From: Penicillus capitatus
Lineage: Eukaryota; Plantae; Chlorophyta
DNA: 64,000 bases
NCBI GenBank assembly: GCA_965649825.1
Contig: OZ287694.1
Coordinates: 2,368,902 to 2,432,901, forward strand
Direction of reading: 5' to 3'
In this document: positions 56,689-64,000 of the stretch, piece after piece
Layout of the letters: the number at the start of each line of letters is the position of its first letter
How positions within the stretch are numbered: position 1 is the stretch's first letter
Notes under the pieces: model-generated
What the model saw: the letters and a program-made list of their open reading frames with translations, nothing else
Told to the model about the DNA's origin: nothing
The model's database searches: none
Translations under genes and position numbers: made by a program

Positions 56689-58015
56689 GAACACCTCGTC
56701 GACCGGGGCAGCAAGAGCGTGCCGGAGAGAACCTTCTCCTTTCTCGGCGAGCTCAAGGCAATCGTGTTGGCGTGTCAGACAACGAATCCGCTGCGTGGGG
56801 ATCTTTCTCTACTGATTCGAACGGACGACCAAGCCGTTGCTGAACAGCTCAACGCCGCCACGCCCAGCCTCAAGGACAAGAGGGTGATGCGTTTGCTCGG
56901 GTGGCTGTTGGGAAACGAAGACTTCATTTTCGAGTTCGTCCCCGGTGCGGAAAACTAAGGTGCAGACCTGCTGTCAAGACCCCGCAAAAAGGCGGCCGCG
57001 GCTGAAGTATCTCAGAAAACGACGTGTCCGACTCGAAATCGGCTAAGGCAGATCCGGAAGGCCCGTGAGGGGTACTTCAACTGGCAGCCAACGCTGTGGA
57101 ATTTTCGAGCTTCCGGCGCCAGGTGACCAGAAATGCGCAGCCATGTCCACCGATTCGTCCAAGGGTTCCCACAGTGCCAAGCGTACGGTCGGCAGATACA
57201 ACGACCTGTCTGAGGTTCGTGGGACTGTCCCCGCCCCAACGACTTCATCTTCTGCGACTTCTTGGGACCACTACGCTGGACAAAAGAAGAAGGCGGCGTA
57301 CACATCTTTGTGATGATCGACGGCTTCAGCCGATATGTCAATCTCATCGGAGCAGCTGGCCGACTACCGAGCCGGCGAAAGCGGGCATACGCAAGTGGAG
57401 GTACCACCTCGGGTCGCCTCGCCGAGTAGTGAGTGACCAAGGTGCTGCATTCGTCTCCACGGACGTCGACGAATACTGCAGCCGTCACCACATCGAACTG
57501 GCCCGTTCCCGGCGTACGCCCACTGGAGCAATTTAATGGCAGAACGCGCCATCGGCACGATCTTGGGTCACATTCGCCGCGAAGGGCTGCGAGGCCAATG
57601 GTCAGAGCTCATCTCGCACGTCGAAGCCACATACAACAACTCGTTGTCACTCGGCGATCGGATACTCACCAAAAGAAGTCATGAAAGGGGAGCACCCCGA
57701 CACGACTCGGCTCACAGACGTAGAAATAAGAAGAATTCGCGAAGCGGCCCGTCAGCGATCCGAGAACTAGCGTTGCAGACGAAAAGCAAGGCACGAGCGA
57801 TCCATCCTGTCGAAGCGAGACTTGAGAAACGGTGACGAGGTGGCAATATGGGTGCCCCGCCCGGCAAATAAGTTAGCGCCCTAGTGGGAATCTGGTTGGC
57901 GCGTCTGCACCATCGTCACCCCGCACATCATAGAAGTCGAAGCTCCGGATGGAAGAACGCACAAGTCCTGTCACGCGCACCAACTACGATTGCTCCGTGG
58001 ATAAATGCGGAGGGA

Positions 58016-58415
58016 TGCTGCTCGGTGATTACCTGCGGAAAACTCCTTGTGCCTCGAAGTTCATAACGGTTGACAACGGATGCGCGTTTGCACAGGAAAC
58101 CTCCCAGCGGTTAGGGGATAGCTTCCCGCCGCGGGGTGAAGCTTCCAACGGATACCGTGAACTTCGAATGAACAATATGGTAACCACCGGTCGGGGCGCA
58201 CGCGTGGAGCGTGGCCTCGGAGGTTACGTAAGTATAAAAGCGGTCGCCCGCACCGGAGCTTTACCATTCGCTCGCACCAGTCTTTCGCTGCACTCGGTTT
58301 CTTCGTTCTTGTTCTTGCCGTCATCCTTGGAACGCTCGCCGAGTTGTGGTCTGCGGTAGCGAAGGAATTCTGTATTAGTTTCTCCGTGTTTTTAACGTTC
58401 TACCTCTTCGAGTCA
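58016..58415 (+). repeat. Probable LTR (about 400 bp) of the degenerate element
   Basis: Follows the IN stop and a GGAGGGA purine tract, begins TG, contains TATAAAA (58233-39), ends CA followed by TTGGTT (PBS-like). Only one copy in the window, so the ends are inferred. Confidence 0.6.
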
Positions 58416-59509
58416 TTGGTTACTATCGTCATGAAGAGAGAGAGAGAGGAGTTCCTCCATCTCGCGTGAAAAGCTAGCCCGAGCGACCAGTCTCTGACGC
58501 GTGGCACCGGCCTTCTTCTCGGAGAGCCTCACACCCGCGGCGGGGCGGAGCTTGAGAGAAGCCCGATTGGCGGAAGTCGGGGAGCTCTGCCGCCCACTCA
58601 CTTTAGCCGACCTCATCGCCGAGATCGAGAGGCAATGTGAGATGGAGACAACAAGAGCGAGTGCGGCCGTGGAAACCCCAAGAAAAGCAGCTCGAACTGA
58701 GCAGAGAACGTCTTGCCAAGGTCGGCATGGGAGTGGCCGTGGGGGGTGAGGGGAGGCTCGCGCCGAAGGGTGCCAAACCCCCTACCCCCTCGACCTCCAT
58801 CGCCTACGTCTCCGGGGTCACCGCTCTCCCCGGCACGGACCCTCCCACCGCCCCTCACCGCCCCTCACCGCCGTTCGTCGACCGCCAGGGCCGCGGTTTA
58901 TTTCCACAGCAGAACTCGTGGAACTCACAATGCCACATTGCTTTCTCATTGACCCCGAACTCTCTGGGTACGTGATTGGCCGACCATCGGCGGGGCTTCT
59001 TAGCCTCCGCATTCAGCCTCTCCAAGGATCCCTTCCGCTTGGTATCGAGGGGCTGGTCATCCGCAGCAAAGGCGGCACGAGCGAGATCGTCGGGAGCACA
59101 GCAGCATGCGTAAAGTTGGAATTCGACACCGAAATCCTCAACTTCACGGTGGCCAGGGACAGAGTGAAGACGCGACTAGCAAAGGAAGTGATGCGCCCCT
59201 TGCGCCTCTCTCGGGACCAAGTGAATGGGGCTCTCCGCCTGGCGTAGACAACACGGGCAGGAATTCCGGACCCATGAGCATTTAGGTCCCCGTGCCCACT
59301 AAGGACCTGCTGTACTTCCTCCTGCTGCTTCTTGTAGTTCTCTGTTTGGGTTGGTTATCTTTTGCTCCGCCATCGGAGTTTGCACAACGAGAAGGCGGGT
59401 GCGCCCATGTGAAAGAATGGCGCCGTTCTGACGGAACAATGATAGGACGTCTGTGTAATAGTGACATCCCTGTCACTTAGCGTTTGTCGCGTCTTTGGCT
59501 GTGCGACGT

Positions 59510-60025
59510 AATCGTCGTCGCTGAGTAGCGCTGATTAGGAATGGTCATGTTGACTATGAATGAGTTCCTATGAAGTTCGCTCTGAACTTCCCGGAACGTT
59601 CTAGAACTTCACTAACAACTCACTCTTGAACCTCTTGGAGTTTTCCTGCCTTCACATCAAAAGGCCGAGTATTTAAGCAAGGCTTGGACACACAAAACAT
59701 CGTTCGCTGGACAGCTAAGTTTATACTTGTGTCTTCGAACCGCATACAATCTGTTTCTGTTTGTCAAAACACTCGCTGCCTATCGTTATTTGTAACAAGT
59801 TGTCTCTTCACTGCAAAACCTGTTGGTGTGGCCTCCGAGCTCTCGCCCATCCTCATTTAACTTCAAGACTTCCGCTGCGCTTGTGAGATGAGCCAACCCG
59901 GAGACGATTAAGACACTTACTCTCCGTCAACCTCTCCGCCGCCGTGCAAGCGAGGGGGGATGTCCACGCCGATGACATATTAAGGAACGTGGTGGGTGAG
60001 GCAGCCGAAGGGAGTTCTTCACAAC
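59510..60025 (+). repeat. Inverted diverged copy of 52150-52650
   Basis: Collinear matches such as ctgtttctgttt.acaaaacact.gctg.ctatc and ccgctgcgcttgtgagatgagccaacc.ggagacga on opposite strands. Confidence 0.85.
59594..59606. promoter_or_regulatory. Heat shock element (GAAnnTTCnnGAA), copy B
   Basis: GAAcgTTCtaGAA, with TATTTAA about 65 nt downstream. Confidence 0.6.
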
Positions 60026-60678
60026 TAGCACGTCTCAGATCGCTTGCTCTCTCCAACGGACGCGGCATTCCGCATATCCCGTCAGAGATCACGGAGCGCC
60101 TCACATTTCTCGCACAGCTGACAGAGCTGTGTTTGCATGCCTTACCAGGAAACCATCCGCTGCGCTCTCCGGAGAGCATTCTCAACCTCACCCTTCGTTT
60201 TCCGAGGACTTATCCGGAAGATCTAATCGAGGATCTCATGAATTTGACGAATCTCACAAGCTTGGCGATCTGCAATGAAGAAGAGACACACATCTGTCTC
60301 ATTCTGACAGTGTGACGCCGTTTGATTTTTTTCAAGGAACGCAGGTAATTGAAGACGCTGCTTACGAGGAACATCTGTTTGGATCCTCCGTTTCTCGATG
60401 CTTTTAAGGCTTTGACCGGCCTGACGGATCTGTGCCTTAGGGGTGAAAATGTACCGATGGACCACGGCCTCGTCTGTCGACAGATGAGCCTTCTCTCGAA
60501 TCTGGAGGTGCTTGAGATTCCGTACCCCGAGTTGTTGGTCGACAGTAAAACTGGTGTGCCTCAACGAAGCTTGTCCGAACTGAAGAACATCCGACGCGAT
60601 TGGGGGAAGAGTAACAAAGGTGAAGATACTTCGTCGGCAATGGCAAAAGTGTTTGATCGTTTTCGGAGTCTGAGATAA
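59944..60678 (+). pseudogene. Chimeric, 5'-replaced copy of the F-box/LRR gene
   Basis: From about 60025 it is paralogous to 43065-43708 (LRSLALS...IPSEITERLTFL...FRSL*). It carries a 2-nt insertion near 60285 and CAG>TAA near 60346. Confidence 0.85.
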
Positions 60679-61465
60679 TTGATTCTACCGTTAGCATTGT
60701 TAGCATTGCAACTTACACTTCCATAAGATCTGAATAATCAATCCCCTTTCCTAACAACGAATCACGTGTTTGTTCTTCTCGAAACGACGCAGATAACGCA
60801 GCGTCGGCGAACACTCATGTGTATACGCCGATCGGCAACGAATATCCCATCAGTCAACACTTTACAGTGAGCAGATCATAACGATGAAACGTCGTCGTCG
60901 TCAGTTTCTGTCAAAGTAAAGAGTTACTGTCACTCGATGCATCGACGTTCACCTGCCGCAAAGATGTGACGCCGACAGGGGTTTCTCAAAGCGAGTGTTT
61001 AGGCATCGTAGAACTGCGGACGTTGCCGCACACCATGCGTGCTTTCGCGAGATCGTGCGAAGATGAAGTTTACAGCGTCGCGCGCTCATACGAGGGGTTG
61101 TCTTCGCCTGCGTTTCTTGTCGCATCGAGTAAACGACTGTCTGAGACAACGAAGGTCGTCCGGCCGAGCGTAAGAACTAGGCAAGACGGACACCATCGAA
61201 GAACAGAAGAATACTCACTGTTCGCCGTGACGCATCCCAATGATCTAAACGGCTGCTAAGCTTGGACGCTACGTTTGACGTCTTCACGTCAGCGTGCGGC
61301 TTTGGCTCACTGCGAACTATTCTGTTGCGTTAGAACCTACCAGCAAAAGAGAAACGCGACGGGAACGACTATTTGTGTGAGAGGTGATGAAGAGCATTTG
61401 GTACCCAAGACTGCGCTTCTTAAAGCAATCATCGTTTTAGTGTGTATGATGCACATTTAGTGCCA

Positions 61466-64000
61466 TCATTGATTGGATGGCGCGCCCCCTGCAACGAATG
61501 GTTGTAGTTTCTGATGCACAGTAGCCATTGCGACATGCTTCACTCTCTCTTGCAGAACAAACGCCAGTCGGATCATTCGACGAATTGGGTTCCTGGGAAT
61601 ATCTGTCGCTTCCATGAGCTTCAACTGGGCTTCGACACACTTGTCTCCGTAGAAAAAAACAGCAAACAGAATAACGGCCATCAAGAGAGAATTGACGATC
61701 ACTAAAATGACTGTCAAAAGGACTCTTGCATATTCAGATGTGTTGGCATCGTTGAAGACGACGCCGCCATAGAAACTAAAAATCGAGACCATCAAAGAAC
61801 AACCTTCCAAAACGTTGAGGCGAGGATATTTGAAAGGTGCCGCAATCAAATGAAGGACAAGGGCCAGAGTCAGTATCCCCAGTGCCATTACTGCTTGAAG
61901 ATTGGATCCTAAGGGATAAGCAAAAACAATAACAGCAACAATCAAGGCTTTGCGAAACAGAATAATGACTTCCCAGTAGACAAACTTGTCTTTGTAGTTC
62001 TGATAGATAAAGCTGTAGGTGTTGAGCATGTAAGGCTCCATGAGCTTCTTCATGCGACGCTTGCGAAAAAGAAGGATCAGGAGATAAAGAGGGACGCCGC
62101 ACAGGAAAAACACGATGCCCGGAATTCCGAGAAACACGACCAGAATAGCGTGATTCTGACGGAAGCACTCGATGTTTGTGTCCTGTGTCCAGTAGTAACC
62201 ATCTGCTATGGAGAAGTGCGCGTAGCTGGCATTTCTTTGAGGGTCATCGAACTCCTCTACTCTGGACATGGCATCGGAGTCCAGACGAATGCAGCTGATG
62301 GTTCCCATGAGGTCTTCTGAGATGGACTGGTAGGCAAAAAATTCGACGACGAGAAAGCTGATGATGAGCCTCGATCTGAGAAAGTGACGACACACCAAAG
62401 GAGCCATGCTAGGGTTGTAGCGCATGACCAGCCACTGAGCGACAAAAAAGAACATGGCAAGCAGCATCAGGAAGAAAGGAAAAGACACGCGAAGAAGGAC
62501 ACCGTAGATGGAGCGGAAATCGGAATCCATGTCCAGCAGACACGTCATCGGAGTGAATCCGGCACCGTTTGAGAAGCCCGCCACCGAATCTGGACACAAC
62601 AGTCAAGCATGCAATGTCAAAAGGAGGACGTACGCATTCCAGCCAACATGTTTTTGATCGAATTCGTCCACTCCAGGTTGATGTTCACAGCAATGGCTGT
62701 CACTTGGGAGAAGTTGACAAAGATCTGCAAACGCGTTACGGTGTTGCAGAAGAGTGACTGTGAAAAGAGATAACCTTGATGGTTTCGGAAACATGCTGAG
62801 CTGCAATGACGTAATCGGCAGAGTGCTGTTGACTCGATGACATTTCCCTCTCAATGGGCGGAGAGGATACCGATGCAGGAGTCGGTTGCGATGTATTTGA
62901 GAATCGTACAGGTTGCACTTCAATTTCGGTTTGCGTCACGTCACCAGGGAGCGAGCGTGACCTGGTTGCGGCGTCTGCCGCGGAGCTTTGGTTGTTTGGA
63001 AGCCGCATCATGAACGTAGCAGGCCTTCTACTTCTGTTATTCTTCTTTAAGCGTGATAGCGCAACTGCCCTTGTGGCGTGTTGCTGTGCAATGTCCATCG
63101 TCTGTTTCATGTCACGACCAGAGACCAGGGCACTTCGAATCGTGATGGCCAGGAAGATCAATTGCCACAGTCCCAGCAAAGAGATCACAATGGCCGTGGT
63201 GGTTTTGGTACTGCATTCCACACACGTCTTGCCATTGGCAAGTCCGTAGTCTCCTGCGCAGGATCCGCAGAGAGGTCCTTCGTATCCCGCGGAGCACTGT
63301 TCGTATTCTTCGTTGCTGAAGACAGGATGCTTCTCCTGATCGAAGCGGTCCAGAAACTCTTGAATCTTGGCATTGCGCATCTTCTCAAGGACCTTCTGCC
63401 GATCGCCGTAGGAACAGGCATCGTTGTGGAAGCACTCGTGCATGATCACTGAGAAGGGACTGGAGTGCCAGTAACCCAATGCGGGAACTAGCGATGCATT
63501 CCCCTCACACCTGGCATTGTCGGGACAGTCTGCGCAATCATCGACGTCCACGTAGAACGTGAACGATTCCAGAGCACAGGATTCGCAGGCAAAGCCTTCG
63601 CTGTTGTATCGTTCTCCCAGATGACACTCCCTCAGCGTCACACTCGCACTGACTGCCTTGATCTTGCCAACGCGGGCAGAGAAGATGATTTCGTACCGTC
63701 CAGGGAGGGCGCTGAGAGATAGTGCATCGAAGACGGCCACACCGTTCGAGGGCGTCGACAAGACTTGGCCAGCAGCAATTAACCCATCGCTGTCCAAACG
63801 CAGAGGGTCTACGCTGACAGCCAGAGAAGCGTCAACGATTCCACCGGTGACGACCTGATCCAACCCGTCTAGTACTTGGATCTCGATCGGAGGCAGAAAA
63901 TGTGTTCGGCCACTGGACTGGTTGGTGATCAGAATTCCAGTAGCAGGATCTGCAATTGGATGACGGATGCCCAGACGGACAGCCGTTCCTGCGATATCTT
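61466..64000 (-). CDS. Second copy of the giant beta-helix/multipass membrane protein (3' part; 5' part lies beyond the window)
   Basis: Collinear with 44483-46971, same exon structure, open frames, ends GAPSNQ*. Confidence 0.9.

Larger units (their letters stand above)
55216..59250 (+). mobile_element. Degenerate Ty3/gypsy retrotransposon in permuted order: RT-RNaseH-IN, LTR, gag-like, protease-like
   Basis: KKDGSYRFTNDFRWLN, YFAKLDLKDG, QYADD, ETDW, GELKAIV, RTDD, ADLLSR, CDFLGP, VSDQGAAF, AERAI and GPY/F-like tail ending HAHQLRLLRG*; many stops and frameshifts. Then gag-like and FLIDPELSGYVIG protease-like frames. Confidence 0.88.

Noticed and set aside
55250-58004. Most in-frame stops in the degenerate pol are TAA/TAG and read plausibly as Gln, suggesting the TAR=Gln code of some ulvophytes
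   Set aside because: Host genes and the intact element end in TAA/TAG. The degenerate IN ends in TAA at the homologous position just before the PPT/LTR. TGA stops and frameshifts also occur. C-to-T decay of CAA/CAG explains the bias.

Overview
Eukaryotic nuclear DNA from a compact-genome green alga (inferred). Support: spliceosomal introns of about 40-55 nt, TGTAA poly(A)-type signals after several genes, a Viridiplantae-type Alfin-like PHD gene, organelle-targeted HflX and Obg GTPases, a cilia-type tubulin carboxypeptidase, and the standard genetic code. No rRNA, tRNA or CRISPR was recognised. The window has four zones. (1) 1-7606: a young, intact Ty3/gypsy LTR retrotransposon with identical 304-bp LTRs and no target-site duplication, abutting a truncated host membrane-protein gene. 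Its first ORF is highly atypical: signal peptide, torsin/LAP1-like pseudo-AAA+ domain, and a glycosylated, membrane-anchored env-like region, all fused in frame upstream of Gag and protease. It joins a pseudo-dUTPase-RT-RNaseH-integrase ORF through an A-AAA-AAC -1 frameshift site. This is the best candidate for an undescribed system. (2) 9-36 kb: densely packed housekeeping genes (BTB, patatin, EF-hand coiled coil, ABC1 kinase, CRAL-TRIO, Alfin-like, HflX, cytosolic carboxypeptidase with a nested antisense gene, SmE, Obg), including a candidate bicistronic Alfin-HflX pair. (3) 37-52 kb and (4) 53-64 kb: two copies of a duplicated block (sulfotransferase, Pus10 fragment, F-box/LRR, giant beta-helix multipass membrane protein). 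The second copy is interrupted by a degenerate, order-permuted Ty3 element carrying two nested solo LTRs, and by an inverted heat-shock-element promoter fused to the LRR remnant. All family assignments come from motifs read by eye; no database searches or structure predictions were run, and exon boundaries are manual.
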